Positions 20,962-31,560 of a stretch of 64,000 bases of DNA are shown piece by piece (within the stretch, counting starts at the first letter, position 1; every line of letters starts with the position of its first letter). Where the stretch lies: positions 146,511 to 210,510 of the forward strand of contig JACKGM010000001.1 of assembly GCA_020639315.1 (NCBI GenBank), given 5' to 3'. The notes beneath the pieces are model-generated. The model had not been told where the DNA came from and did not search any database. It was given only the letters and a program-made list of their open reading frames with translations. The position numbers and the translations under genes were made by a program. This DNA comes from Candidatus Nomurabacteria bacterium. Lineage in GTDB: Bacteria > Patescibacteriota > Saccharimonadia > JAGOAT01.

Positions 20962-21687
20962 TTATTCCAATACCTCCTCTAATAGATTACTCATAAAACC
21001 GACTGTCATAATCACCTTCTTGTAGCTTTGCCTAGTAGGTCCAACAATGCCCAAGTAATTACTATGTATTTGATCTTGACCAAATCCAGTAACAATCATT
21101 GTAAGACCGCTAGCACCGATCACTGGGTTTTCCAGTCCTATATAAACATTTACATCATGCCCGAGCTCACTTCTCCCCAACCATTCCGCAAGGCTATCTA
21201 AGAATCTAGCAGCATCCATACTCCTAGTATGGTCTCGCAATTCTGGCTGAGCAAAAAGCCTTCTAAGCCCCGAAAAATAAATATTCTTTCGATCATAGAT
21301 GAAGGCTGTATTGTCTGAAATACTTTCAAGCATCGCTACAGACCTCCTGATCATTGCTTCTCGATTTTCTGACAGTGAATTGATCGCTCGCTCTATACTC
21401 ATATATCCCCTAGACATCAACTGTCCAGTCTGACTATTTAGGTTGTTGACATAATACCTATAGCCTTTGTCTGTTGGGTAGCGTCCGGAGCTAGTATGAG
21501 GTTGCTTGATGTAGCCCAGATTTTCTAGCTGAGCCATCTCAGACCTAATAGTTGCTGAGCTACATTCAAAGTCTTGACATAGCATCTTCGACCCTACAGG
21601 GGTCGTAAGTTCGGCATATATTTCAACGATTCTGGCTAATACTTCTGCTTGCCGTGCAGTTAGTTGATCTATTTCTTGTTTAGCCAC
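20962..21687 (-). CDS. hrcA: heat-inducible repressor HrcA (short, 241 aa)
   Basis: N-terminal winged HTH (LTARQAEVLARIVEIY...PVGSK). First gene of the hrcA-grpE-dnaK-dnaJ operon, with a CIRCE element upstream. Confidence 0.8.
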   Translation of the reverse strand: MAKQEIDQLTARQAEVLARIVEIYAELTTPVGSKMLCQDFECSSATIRSEMAQLENLGYIKQPHTSSGRYPTDKGYRYYVNNLNSQTGQLMSRGYMSIERAINSLSENREAMIRRSVAMLESISDNTAFIYDRKNIYFSGLRRLFAQPELRDHTRSMDAARFLDSLAEWLGRSELGHDVNVYIGLENPVIGASGLTMIVTGFGQDQIHSNYLGIVGPTRQSYKKVIMTVGFMSNLLEEVLE

Positions 21688-21705
21688 ATTACTATATTAA
21701 ACTAG

Positions 21706-21732
21706 TTAGCACTCTCATGTCAAGAGTGCTAA
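21706..21732 (-). promoter_or_regulatory. CIRCE operator (HrcA binding site)
   Basis: TTAGCACTC-N9-GAGTGCTAA is a perfect match to the consensus, 19 bp upstream of the hrcA start. Confidence 0.9.
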
Positions 21733-21776
21733 TTGACTTTTTTAAAGTATGCTATAAATTAAGGTGTTGGGTCTAT

Positions 21777-22004
21777 AAATACTGGATCTCCGGTATTACC
21801 CCAAGGGGTAATCCGAAGATGACACGAAGGAGGCACTGTCATTCTCCGAATCCTCATGAGAGGATTACGGGGGATCCAGCATCCCGCATTGTGAGTTATC
21901 ATCCTCCGAATTCTCCTTGAGAGAATTACGGGGGATCCAGTATCCCGAGCGTTAGTCATCCTCCGAAACCCGAAGGGTTTACGGGGGATCCAGTATTTTG
22001 TATT
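21777..22004. repeat. hairpin-unit repeat cluster
   Basis: One forward type-2 unit and three reverse type-1 units. Ends at the rnj stop codon. Confidence 0.9.
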
Positions 22005-23883
22005 AGATACTATTCACCACTACAAGCACCATGGGTGTCTTGTCGGTCTGGTTGGTCAAGACCTCGCCAATCCTCTCTCTAAGCTTATTTTTGAACTGTT
22101 GAGACTGGGCTGAATTACCAGCGGCAGTGATTAGGCGCTTGGCGAGCACCCTAGCTTTATAAATCAGCTCCTCGTTGTCCTTCATATAGACAAAGCCTCT
22201 AGAAATAATATCTGGACTGTGCAACAAAGCTCCAGTACGCTTATCAATATTAGCAACCAAGACAAATACTCCATCTTCTCCCATAGACTTACGATCCTTG
22301 ACTACTACTGGGGATATTTCTTGAGCCCCAGTCCTACTACCCCCGAGCAAAATAGGTCCGCTAGGGAATTTTGGCCCGAGCTTACCCTTGGCTATACCAT
22401 CTACCAAACCAAACTCGACTGACTGTCCATCTTCAACAACAAAAATATTCTCCTTACTAATCCCTGAGCGTTCAGCGTTAATCCCATTACGAACCAAGAA
22501 GTTGTAATCCCCATGGATCGGTATGAAGTATTTTGGACGCACTAGTGAGATCATCTCCTTGGTCTCCTCCGCACCCGCGTGACCACTAGAGTGAATGTTT
22601 TCAACCTGGTCAAAATCCCTAAATGAATCTTGATAAACATAGGCTCCCAATCGCATCAATTGATCTACTAGCTTACTAATCGCCTGGTCATTACCGGGAA
22701 TAATACTATTGCTCATCACTACCGAGTCACCCCTCTTGAGCTCAATACTAGCATGTTGCTTGCGAGCAATCCTAGCAAGTGAAGCATAGTATTCACCCTG
22801 ACTACCAGTACAAAGAATCAAGGTCTTGCTATCTGGAAATTTTTTCGATCCCTTGAGGGGGGTAATTGCTCCGGGCTTAGCATTGATATATTTGTATTTG
22901 ATCGCTAATTCAATATTGTTTAGCATTGAACGCCCATCGACCAAAACGATTCTCTTGTGTTTGTAAGCCAGATCTAGAATCATTTGTAACCTAGTAATAC
23001 TACTAGCAAAAGCTGAAACGATCATTCTCGTGTTCCCTGCTTTTTCAAATACTTCCTCAAGCCCTTTGACTACAGTCTTCTCAGATACTGAATAACCTGG
23101 CTTGTAACAGCTTGTACTGTCCGCCATCAGAAGCAAGACTCCTTGGTCTCCTAGCTCTTTAAACCTAGCCTTATCAGCGTGAACTCCATCATAAGGGTTA
23201 TCATCAAAGCGATAATCCCCAGTATTGATAATCTTGCCGACAGGGGTGCCAATCACCACAGCACAAGCATCAACTATCGAGTGAATTACCCTAACAAACT
23301 CAACATCAAAAATCCCGATCCTGACTTTTTCGTGCAAATCAGGATCAATAGTTCTAAACTGGGGCTTAAAAGTAAACTTGAACTCACTGATGTTCTTTTC
23401 AATAAACTTGACTGTAAACTTTGAGCCATAGATAGGTACTGGGAATTTTGGCAAGATATAAGGGATACCCCCGATATGATCCAAGTGAGCATGGGTGATC
23501 AAAAGCCCCCTAATCTTATGCTTATTGACTTCCAAATATGTAGGATCGGCAATAATATAATCTATTCCTGGCGTCTCTTCGGTCGGGAAAGCCATCCCCA
23601 TGTCTACTATCAAGATATCGTCTTGATATTCGATTGCCATCATATTCTTACCAATCCCCTCCTTACCAACTCCACCCATCGGGATAATTCTTAGGGTGGC
23701 TACTGGCACAGGGGTTAGATTTGGCAATTTTGCTGGTTCGGTTTGTTTTGACGGCCTTTTTACCTGTTGATCTTTTGGCCTATTGTTTTGTCTAGGCGCA
23801 CTTCGTCTAGGTCTTTGTTCACGCCTACTTTGTAGCGGTTCTGCACTAATTGAAAACCGACTTTTTCGAACTGGTTTATCCAT
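22003..23883 (-). CDS. rnj: ribonuclease J
   Basis: Metallo-beta-lactamase motif HAHLDHIGG, beta-CASP and C-terminal domains, and a basic N-terminal extension. Confidence 0.9.
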   Translation of the reverse strand: MDKPVRKSRFSISAEPLQSRREQRPRRSAPRQNNRPKDQQVKRPSKQTEPAKLPNLTPVPVATLRIIPMGGVGKEGIGKNMMAIEYQDDILIVDMGMAFPTEETPGIDYIIADPTYLEVNKHKIRGLLITHAHLDHIGGIPYILPKFPVPIYGSKFTVKFIEKNISEFKFTFKPQFRTIDPDLHEKVRIGIFDVEFVRVIHSIVDACAVVIGTPVGKIINTGDYRFDDNPYDGVHADKARFKELGDQGVLLLMADSTSCYKPGYSVSEKTVVKGLEEVFEKAGNTRMIVSAFASSITRLQMILDLAYKHKRIVLVDGRSMLNNIELAIKYKYINAKPGAITPLKGSKKFPDSKTLILCTGSQGEYYASLARIARKQHASIELKRGDSVVMSNSIIPGNDQAISKLVDQLMRLGAYVYQDSFRDFDQVENIHSSGHAGAEETKEMISLVRPKYFIPIHGDYNFLVRNGINAERSGISKENIFVVEDGQSVEFGLVDGIAKGKLGPKFPSGPILLGGSRTGAQEISPVVVKDRKSMGEDGVFVLVANIDKRTGALLHSPDIISRGFVYMKDNEELIYKARVLAKRLITAAGNSAQSQQFKNKLRERIGEVLTNQTDKTPMVLVVVNSI

Positions 23884-23916
23884 TGTTCTCCTTTTTGTTA
23901 AATAGTTAGATTGTTA

Positions 23917-24477
23917 TTATTTAAATTTCTTAATCTTTTTTAGGGTTTGCTGGACTACAGCAAACCCCTCTGATAAAATCTCCGTGTTACTGGGGTTGTA
24001 TAGGGTAGTCGCGGGGTGAAAAAGTGGGAGATAGAGTCGATCATCTTTTTTGTAGAGCTTGGAGTGTGCTTCTGAAATCTTAACTCCCGGGAAAAATATA
24101 TTGAGAGCATGCCTACCCATCAGTAAAATTAGTATTGGATCAATCACAGACAGTTGCCTATCTAGATACTGAATACTCCTGGCTATTTCCTCTTGCCTAG
24201 GGTCTCTGTTCTCAGGTGGTCGATATTTTACGACATTGGTGATAAAGACTTGTTCGCGACTAAGACCTATGCTGTCTAGCATCTTATCTAAAACTTTACC
24301 ACTTCTACCGACAAAAGGTTCTCCTATCTGATCCTCCTGCTGACCAGGAGCCTCACCGATAATCACCAAGTTGGCATCTGGATTACCACTTCCTGGGACT
24401 GGGTTCAAAGCCCCAGGATACAGCCTGTCAGCTGCTATAGCTTCGGCTATCTCCTGGAGCTTTGAATATTTGCTCAT
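23917..24477 (-). CDS. uracil-DNA glycosylase, family 4
   Basis: GEAPGQQEDQIGEPFVGRSG motif and a C-terminal HPA. Confidence 0.85.
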   Translation of the reverse strand: MSKYSKLQEIAEAIAADRLYPGALNPVPGSGNPDANLVIIGEAPGQQEDQIGEPFVGRSGKVLDKMLDSIGLSREQVFITNVVKYRPPENRDPRQEEIARSIQYLDRQLSVIDPILILLMGRHALNIFFPGVKISEAHSKLYKKDDRLYLPLFHPATTLYNPSNTEILSEGFAVVQQTLKKIKKFK

Positions 24478-24486
24478 GGCTAATCG

Positions 24487-26652
24487 CTACTGGTTGGCAG
24501 CCCTTTTGCTTAATTTGACCCTACCCCGATCATCGACTCCAATCAATTTTGCTTCAAACTGATCTCCTACTACTACCTCTTGAGCTATATCCTCAATCCT
24601 CTTATCAGCAATCTCTGAGATATGAATCATGCCTTCTTTGCCTGGTAAATACTCGACAAAAGCCCCAAAGTCTAAGACTTTTACAACCTTGACCTGATAA
24701 ACCTTGCCAATCTCGGGCTCCGCTACCAATCCCTGAATAATCGCAATCGCCTTATCACTAGCAATTTGATCAGGAGAAGTGATCAGGATCTGCCCGTCAT
24801 CTTCGATATCAATCTCTACGCCAGTATCTGCAATGATCCCCTGGATAGTCTCTCCTCCCTTGCCAATAACTGCCCCAATCTTGTCTGGATCAATCTGAAT
24901 AGTAATAATTGCTGGAGCGAAAGGACTAAGACTAGCTCGCGGTTGGTCAATCACTTTGAGCATTGAGTCCAAGATCGATAATCTTCCTTGCTTGGCTTGA
25001 TCTAGGGCTTTACCTAGGATCTCAAGAGTTAGACCCTTGACCTTAATATCCATTTGCAAGGCAGTAATACCCTTACTAGTCCCCGCTACCTTGAAATCCA
25101 TATCACCAGCGAAATCTTCAGCATCTTGGATATCACTTAAGATCTGATAGTTGCCTGAATCATCCTTGTCTATGACTAGACCCATCGCGATACCAGAGAC
25201 TGGCCGCCTCAAGGGGACGCCCGCATCCATCAATGAAAGGGTTGAGCCACAAACACTAGCCATTGAAGTCGACCCACTACTAGAAGTGATGTCTGATACT
25301 ACTCGAATAGTATATGGGAACTGAGTCTTATCTGGTATCATCGGTACAATCGCTCTTTCTGCCAATGCCCCATGCCCAATTTCTCGCCGACCAGCAGACC
25401 GCATTGGTCTCGCATCCCCGACTGAGAAAGGTGGGAAATTGTAATGATGCATATAGCGCTTATCTGTATCTTCCTCCATTGTATCTACTAGCTGAGCAGA
25501 GCCGGCCGATCCAAGCGTGGCTACTGAGATAGTTTGAGTAGCTCCTCTAGTAAAGATTGCCGAACCATGAGTCCGTGGTAAGAACCCAACTTCCATTGAT
25601 AAGGTTCTGATATCAGTTGATTTACGACCATCTGGTCTTTCCAGGTCTACTAAAATACCTTGACGAACTTGCTTATGCACTAGACTTTCAAAAGCTTCCA
25701 ATACCTCACCCTTTGGATATCTACCAGCAATATCATCACTGGATATCTCACGGGCTAGCTCTGGGGTATATTCACTGACTGCCAAAGCCTCGATCACCTG
25801 ATCCCTGAGGCTACTAATGACTTCCTTGCGATTATTGTTTGAGTTTAGCTTAAGCTTGTCACTCCAATCATCACCAAGAAATTCAATGATCTTATCTTCA
25901 ATCTCTTGGCCAGGTTTAAATAGTTGGTAAGGTGTAGTCTCTATCCCAAGCTCACTAACGATCTGTTTCTGCAACTCTATTACAGGTTGCCAAGCTTCAA
26001 TCGCTTGCTCAAAAGCTTTGAGAATTGTTTCCTCCTGGACTTCACTTGCACCAGCCTCAACCATCATAATTGAGTCTTGCTTACCAGCCACTACTAGCTC
26101 CAGTCTACTATCCTGATCCTCGTCCATGCCGGGGTTTAGTTTTAGTTTGCGATCAATAATACCGAATTTAGCAGCGGCAATTGGCCCATCGAAGGGGACC
26201 CCAGCCAAAACTGTCGAGATTGATGCCGCAATAATCCCAAGCACTTCAGTTGGGATCGAGGAGTCAACACTAAGAGCAGTGATCACAATCTGGACTGAAT
26301 TTCTATATCCTTTAGGGAACAATGGCCTAATTGGGCGGTCAATCAAGCGTGAGATTAGGACAGCCCGATCACTTGGTCTACCCTCTCTCTTTACAAACCT
26401 AGAGCCAGCAATTTTACCGCTAGCATACCATCTCTCCTGATACTCTACCATCAGCGGGAAAAACCCAGCTGCTTCATTGGGCTGCTCAGAAACCGTGGTG
26501 GTAGCTAGAAGCACCGTATCACCATAGCGCACTAGAGCTGACCCTGTGGCCTGAAAAGCTACTTTGTTAACTTCTACTATTAGTTTTTTGTCGGCAAAAG
26601 TCGTCTCATATTTGTGATATTTTTTGCCAAAAGGATGAACTATATTATTCAT
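24487..26652 (-). CDS. pnp: polyribonucleotide nucleotidyltransferase (PNPase)
   Basis: Two RNase PH domains plus KH and S1 domains at the C-terminus. Located downstream of rpsO. Confidence 0.95.
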   Translation of the reverse strand: MNNIVHPFGKKYHKYETTFADKKLIVEVNKVAFQATGSALVRYGDTVLLATTTVSEQPNEAAGFFPLMVEYQERWYASGKIAGSRFVKREGRPSDRAVLISRLIDRPIRPLFPKGYRNSVQIVITALSVDSSIPTEVLGIIAASISTVLAGVPFDGPIAAAKFGIIDRKLKLNPGMDEDQDSRLELVVAGKQDSIMMVEAGASEVQEETILKAFEQAIEAWQPVIELQKQIVSELGIETTPYQLFKPGQEIEDKIIEFLGDDWSDKLKLNSNNNRKEVISSLRDQVIEALAVSEYTPELAREISSDDIAGRYPKGEVLEAFESLVHKQVRQGILVDLERPDGRKSTDIRTLSMEVGFLPRTHGSAIFTRGATQTISVATLGSAGSAQLVDTMEEDTDKRYMHHYNFPPFSVGDARPMRSAGRREIGHGALAERAIVPMIPDKTQFPYTIRVVSDITSSSGSTSMASVCGSTLSLMDAGVPLRRPVSGIAMGLVIDKDDSGNYQILSDIQDAEDFAGDMDFKVAGTSKGITALQMDIKVKGLTLEILGKALDQAKQGRLSILDSMLKVIDQPRASLSPFAPAIITIQIDPDKIGAVIGKGGETIQGIIADTGVEIDIEDDGQILITSPDQIASDKAIAIIQGLVAEPEIGKVYQVKVVKVLDFGAFVEYLPGKEGMIHISEIADKRIEDIAQEVVVGDQFEAKLIGVDDRGRVKLSKRAANQ

Positions 26653-26803
26653 CTTCCTCCTTAAAATGTTATTAGTACTCTTATGAGCCTAAGCCTCCTG
26701 AACTTATCCAAGTAAACTATATCACTAATTAGCTTAGATAAATCCAGATTGGGCTGACTAGGCTCAGTCCGATCTTGATCTTTAGATTAAAACCAGACTG
26801 AAA

Positions 26804-27067
26804 CTACTTGCGTAAACTGAGCTCTTTGATTAGTTTTGTGTATTTATCGGGGGCTGTCCTTTGTAAATAATTTAGTAATTTTCTTCTCTTGCTAACCATT
26901 GCTAGTAGCCCTCTACGAGAGTGATTGTCTTTTTTATGAAGCTTGAGGTGCTCGGTCATTTCGACGATTCTCTCAGTCAAAATAGCGATCTGTACTTCAG
27001 CAGAGCCTGTATCTTGCTCAGTCTTGGCATGTTTTTTAATAATATCTTGCTTGGTTGTAGCCTTCAT
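26804..27067 (-). CDS. rpsO: 30S ribosomal protein S15
   Basis: [14 protein letters not shown]...[12 protein letters not shown]...RRKLLNYL. Confidence 0.95.
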   Translation of the reverse strand: MKATTKQDIIKKHAKTEQDTGSAEVQIAILTERIVEMTEHLKLHKKDNHSRRGLLAMVSKRRKLLNYLQRTAPDKYTKLIKELSLRK

Positions 27068-27088
27068 AATACTAAGTATAGCATTTTT

Positions 27089-27772
27089 TTACTGGTTAGA
27101 CAACCTTAGGCTTCCTATGGCCAATCTTCTTAGTGATTTGAGGTAGGCTCCAGTGCCTAAAATTGTTCCTAGATCGTTAGCAATTGAGCGGATATAGGTA
27201 CCACTACTTACCTCTATTTTAAACCTGACAAAAGGATATTGATAGTCGAGATTGTCAATTGAGATTACCTTGACCGATCGGAGCTTCATCTCTGGTTGCT
27301 TACCCTCTCTAGCAAGCTGGTAGGCTCGCTTGCCCTGAAGCTTGATTGCGCTATAGATTGGTGGCACCTGCAAATAGTCACCTGATAATATTGCTAGGGC
27401 TTGCTTGATTTGAGCCAAACTAGGCTTACTGAGACTAATCTGACTAATCTCACCTTCTGGGTCAAAGCTTGTACTATTCTCTCCTAGGCTGACTTCGGCA
27501 AAATAAGTCTTATCATGTCCAAGGTAATGGTCTGACAATTTAGTATACTGCTTACCAACCATAATAATCAGTAACCCAGTAGCAAATGGGTCTAGAGTCC
27601 CAGCATGACCGACCTTTTTTACCCCTGATAATCTACGCACTCTAGCTACGACATCAAAAGAGCTCCAGCCAGTCGGCTTATCCACTAGATAGATTCCCTC
27701 TGGGATAATCTGATTCTGCTCGTCAATCTTAAGCTCCCTAAAATCAGGGTTTAGCCCTGGTTGAGCTGTCAT
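27089..27772 (-). CDS. truB: tRNA pseudouridine(55) synthase
   Basis: GHAGTLDPFATGLL catalytic motif. Confidence 0.9.
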   Translation of the reverse strand: MTAQPGLNPDFRELKIDEQNQIIPEGIYLVDKPTGWSSFDVVARVRRLSGVKKVGHAGTLDPFATGLLIIMVGKQYTKLSDHYLGHDKTYFAEVSLGENSTSFDPEGEISQISLSKPSLAQIKQALAILSGDYLQVPPIYSAIKLQGKRAYQLAREGKQPEMKLRSVKVISIDNLDYQYPFVRFKIEVSSGTYIRSIANDLGTILGTGAYLKSLRRLAIGSLRLSNQ

Positions 27773-28590
27773 CTAGGCTTTGAGCTTTTTTTCTTGTCCT
27801 GAAACAATGCCTTTACGACTGCTTGCTGATCGGCACCCGCAGCTAACATCTGAGCGGCTACGGTCATACTCTTGGCGGTAGTTTGAACATTGCAAAAACG
27901 ATTGGTATTGCTCATAATACCCGCAAATAGGCTGGTCGCAATCTCTGGATCTAGTAAGTTTTGACCCATTGACTCAAATAGAGCGACCAATATCTCTGAT
28001 ATACTGCTAGCCTTAGAGTCTACAAAATTGATGCTACCGTAATTGGTATTATTCCTATGATAGTCAACATTGATCAAGTGATAGCCATCAAAAATAGTTG
28101 GATACTTCTCCTGCAGTCTATCTATTCTAGAAAAGTCACTGACCCCCAATGCCACTACCAAGTCAAAGTTGAAGGTTCCATAGTGATACTCAATTGATTT
28201 TGGATCAATCTGACCCTTATCTGGCATTACGCTTATTAGAAGCCGGCCATCATCTAGCTTGTAATGCAACCTCTGCAAGTTTTTGTCTCCCAGCTCAAGA
28301 CTGATCACCAGTTCCCTTGAGCTCTCTGGTGAAGTAGCGATATTCTCAGTATTGATCACTTCAGCTATCTTTGGCAAGGGATCAGTTACTACTACTAAGC
28401 TGGTTTTACCCACCTTGCGCATTACACTTTCAAAAGCCGAAACCCCAGCTATCTGATCATTGTTGGGATTTTTGGCAGTAACGACTAAAATATTACTCGC
28501 TTCTGCCAAAAGTGTATTGATCTGTTGCTTGGGATTGATTGGCTTTACTCGATCTTGCTGTAGCTGTACCTGATTCATCTTCCCTACCAT
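27769..28590 (-). CDS. DHH/DHHA1-family phosphoesterase-like protein (NrnA-like, DHH motif reads DYH)
   Basis: INVDYHRNNTNYG and the DHHA1-like C-terminus (GIMSNTNRF...AAQMLAAGAD). Confidence 0.6.
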   Translation of the reverse strand: MVGKMNQVQLQQDRVKPINPKQQINTLLAEASNILVVTAKNPNNDQIAGVSAFESVMRKVGKTSLVVVTDPLPKIAEVINTENIATSPESSRELVISLELGDKNLQRLHYKLDDGRLLISVMPDKGQIDPKSIEYHYGTFNFDLVVALGVSDFSRIDRLQEKYPTIFDGYHLINVDYHRNNTNYGSINFVDSKASSISEILVALFESMGQNLLDPEIATSLFAGIMSNTNRFCNVQTTAKSMTVAAQMLAAGADQQAVVKALFQDKKKSSKPR

Positions 28591-28642
28591 ACCACATTAG
28601 CCCAACTTTTGCAAATATTAATACTCTTCCGGGGGTTTTCAG

Positions 28643-28728
28643 GGTGACACCTCACGGGGTTTTTTAATGCAAGAAGATACAATTTACCTAGATTATGCCA
28701 TAAGTCAGTTGATTTGTACGGTGACACC
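28643..28728 (-). repeat. low-copy repeat bounded by GGTGACACC (partner of 5798-5894)
   Basis: Reverse-complement alignment by eye to 5798-5894. Confidence 0.7.
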
Positions 28729-28844
28729 TCAATATAAAAATCTTACTTAAGGGACAAGTCTAATAGGCACACATTATCCTATGAAAGCTTGACCAAATAA
28801 ATAGCTAGACTTAAAATAACACTAACGATTATTAGTTTGTATTT

Positions 28845-29576
28845 ATGCTAAGCGATATTATTACATGGCTATTCCCTGATAGTTGCTTATCCTGCAACTC
28901 TGAGGGTCAGTTGCTCTGCCTAGACTGCCGAGACAGGCTTAATCCTCATCCAGAGATCTGTTTTGGTTGCAAAAAAACCCAATCAACTTCTGGTTATTGC
29001 CAAAACTGCCAGACAAATTCGGGGCTATTCTCGCTCAAAGCTTGTTACCAATTTGATAACCTTGCAAAACAACTAGTCTACGAAGCTAAATACCAGCTCA
29101 ACCCCAACGCTCCAAAACTGATCAGTCAATTGATACTTGAATCACTGGGGTCAACTTTTTGGCAAGACTTTGACTTGATTAGTTTTATCCCGAGTAGTAG
29201 GCAAAAGCTTAGGCTCAGGGGTAGCAATATAGTCAAAACTGTTGCTAGGAATTTATCGATTGGCTCGGGTTTACCAATAATCGCCTTACTAAATCGGACA
29301 AATAACCATGAACTTGTCGGTCTCAGTAGAGCTGACCGAGTAAAGACTATTATAGGAAGCTTTGAATTAAATACTAAGGCCAAGTCTTTAGATTTGGCTG
29401 AAGTTAGACTGCTACTAATCGATGATGTCTTGACTTCTGGAGCCACCCTGCAAGAAGCCGCTAAGACACTATCTGGGTATGACTTGCAGGTATCGGGGCT
29501 AGTCTTTGCTCATAAGCTTGAGCCAGGGACTGAAAGCCTTATCGCAGGAACAAATCTAATACTGAATCTCCCATAA
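28845..29576 (+). CDS. comFC: ComF-family phosphoribosyltransferase
   Basis: N-terminal Cys clusters (CLSC...CLDC) and the PRTase motif LLLIDDVLTSGATL. The last codons run into a hairpin unit. Confidence 0.8.
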   Translation: MLSDIITWLFPDSCLSCNSEGQLLCLDCRDRLNPHPEICFGCKKTQSTSGYCQNCQTNSGLFSLKACYQFDNLAKQLVYEAKYQLNPNAPKLISQLILESLGSTFWQDFDLISFIPSSRQKLRLRGSNIVKTVARNLSIGSGLPIIALLNRTNNHELVGLSRADRVKTIIGSFELNTKAKSLDLAEVRLLLIDDVLTSGATLQEAAKTLSGYDLQVSGLVFAHKLEPGTESLIAGTNLILNLP

Positions 29577-29896
29577 TTTCCTAAAGGAAATTTGGAAGAT
29601 GACTCAACTCCTGTCATCCTCCGAAACCCGGAGGGTTTACGGGGGAACCAGTATTTTGCACTTCCATGGGTCTAACTCAAATACTGGATCTCCGGTATTT
29701 CTCCCTTGGAGAAATCCGAAGATGACACAAAGAGGGCATTGTCATCCTCCGAAACCTGTCCCTGTCTTGTCATCCTACAAATCTTCATAGAGGATTACCG
29801 GAGATCCAGAGCATTAGTCATCCTCCGAAACCCGCCCCTGTCTTGTCATCCTCCGAAGTTCGGAGAACTTACGGGGGAACCAGTATTTCTGCATTT
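29556..29896. repeat. hairpin-unit repeat cluster
   Basis: About six units and half-units in both orientations. Confidence 0.9.
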
Positions 29897-29980
29897 GATA
29901 GTTTTGGAACTCTGGGGGTCATTGGATTTTGTTTTTAACATGCTATAATAGGATTAATCTTTTAATTTAACTATATAATA

Positions 29981-30427
29981 ATGAAAAAATCCCAACAAAT
30001 AGTTGGCAGAAATGATTTACTGGAAATCTACACCGATGGGGCAAGTAGAGGCAATCCTGGCAAAGGGTCCGGTGGCTTTGTTTTTCTGGTCAGTGGCAAT
30101 ATTATCTATCGAGATGCTCAGTACTTCGGAGATATCACCAACAACCAAGCCGAATATCGGGCTCTACAATGCGCACTAGATGTAGCTTTGGAATATACTC
30201 GCTGGAAAATTAAAGTCTATTCAGATAGTCAGATTATGATCAACCAGCTCAATAAGCAATGGAGGATCAAGGATCAAGCCCTCAAATACCTTTATCGTCA
30301 GACAATGTTTGCAGCAATGGCTTTTGAGTCTGTTGAATACTTACATGTCTCTCGCAACAACTCCTATATATCTGAAGCTGATCGGCTCTGCAACAGTTGT
30401 CTTGATGAGAAGCTAGGTCTGCTCTAA
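29981..30427 (+). CDS. rnhA: ribonuclease HI
   Basis: IYTDGASRGNPG...NNQAEYRAL...YSDSQ carries the DEDD pattern. Confidence 0.85.
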   Translation: MKKSQQIVGRNDLLEIYTDGASRGNPGKGSGGFVFLVSGNIIYRDAQYFGDITNNQAEYRALQCALDVALEYTRWKIKVYSDSQIMINQLNKQWRIKDQALKYLYRQTMFAAMAFESVEYLHVSRNNSYISEADRLCNSCLDEKLGLL

Positions 30428-31408
30428 CCTACTAAGCCCAACTGAAGCTATAGTAACCAGGCAGGCAGCTAGCAGTGACTCGATCGGCATCGACAAAGGG
30501 AAGAAGATGCCAATCACACCGTAAATAACCCATTGAAAGAAATAAACCCTAGTCACTTTTGCACCCAAATCAGCAACCACGCTAGTAAATCTGATCGGTA
30601 ACTTTTGGCTAAGCCATCTAATAAATACTACATAAACCAAAACAAAAGCTGATGCCAATAATAGCTCGATGAAATTCATATGAGCATAGACATAACTATG
30701 CTCTGTCGGAAATAAGTACCAAACCCCTATCCCAGATAAGATCAAAGTGATTATCCAGTCTAACTTATCAAGTAAATTGTAACTTCTGCTGATAATACCC
30801 AACAAAAAGAAACTAGCCCAAGGGATAATCCCAAAAGCCCCATAAGCGTCTGTGGCAACTAAGAAATTTGAAAGATAATCCAAAACTGAGTTTGAATTAT
30901 CTACCTTCTTAAGAATACTGCCTGCCATAGCTATGGCCAAATATCCAACAATCAACAACCACCGAAATTTGCGCCCTTTTGCCCCCACTAAGTCAAGCCA
31001 ACCTTTTGCAATCATTAGCCCTAGCAAACAAGCCCCGGCTAGCTGCAGGATTTCAACTCTTGCCAGAAGATTGATTATTGGTAAATCGGTACCAAAAAAG
31101 TAATTGCTAATCGAGGCTGGTAGTGCCAAACTAAATAAATTGATCAGGTATCCAAGCGCCAATAGCTTGAATATTCTCTGTATATAATACAGGTAGCTAC
31201 GCTTCTTAAACCCTACACTATAACCAAAAGCCCAGAGAAAGACCGGTGCAGCTGGCAAGGTACCGACTATAAAAACTAGCTTGCCATATTGGGACTGAAT
31301 CAAGCTAGAATCTCCAGCTATAATCACAGAATGCTGAAAGATCATTGCTAATACGGCTAGCCCTTTCAGAAAATCTAGCCAAAGTAATCTACTCTGAACT
31401 CTATTCAT
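30413..31408 (-). CDS. polytopic membrane protein, acyltransferase/DUF1624-like
   Basis: LWLDFLKGLAVLAMIFQH N-terminal motif and about 9-10 TM helices. Confidence 0.45.
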   Translation of the reverse strand: MNRVQSRLLWLDFLKGLAVLAMIFQHSVIIAGDSSLIQSQYGKLVFIVGTLPAAPVFLWAFGYSVGFKKRSYLYYIQRIFKLLALGYLINLFSLALPASISNYFFGTDLPIINLLARVEILQLAGACLLGLMIAKGWLDLVGAKGRKFRWLLIVGYLAIAMAGSILKKVDNSNSVLDYLSNFLVATDAYGAFGIIPWASFFLLGIISRSYNLLDKLDWIITLILSGIGVWYLFPTEHSYVYAHMNFIELLLASAFVLVYVVFIRWLSQKLPIRFTSVVADLGAKVTRVYFFQWVIYGVIGIFFPLSMPIESLLAACLVTIASVGLSRLEQT

Positions 31409-31442
31409 ATTAAAAGCCCATAAAGAATAATCTAAAGCTTAT

Positions 31443-31533
31443 TGGCGGAGAGACAGGGGTTCGAACCCTGGAAACGGTAGACCCGTTTACACGCTTTCCA
31501 AGCGTGCGCCTTCGACCACTCGGCCACCTCTCC
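31443..31533 (-). tRNA. tRNA-Ser(GGA), CCA encoded
   Basis: Hand fold: acceptor GGAGAGG/TCTCTCC, anticodon stem CACGC/GCGTG with loop TTGGAAA, long variable arm, T arm CAGGG-TTCGAAC-CCCTG. Confidence 0.9.
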
Positions 31534-31560
31534 ACTACTCTATTATATAGCAAGGCTGTA

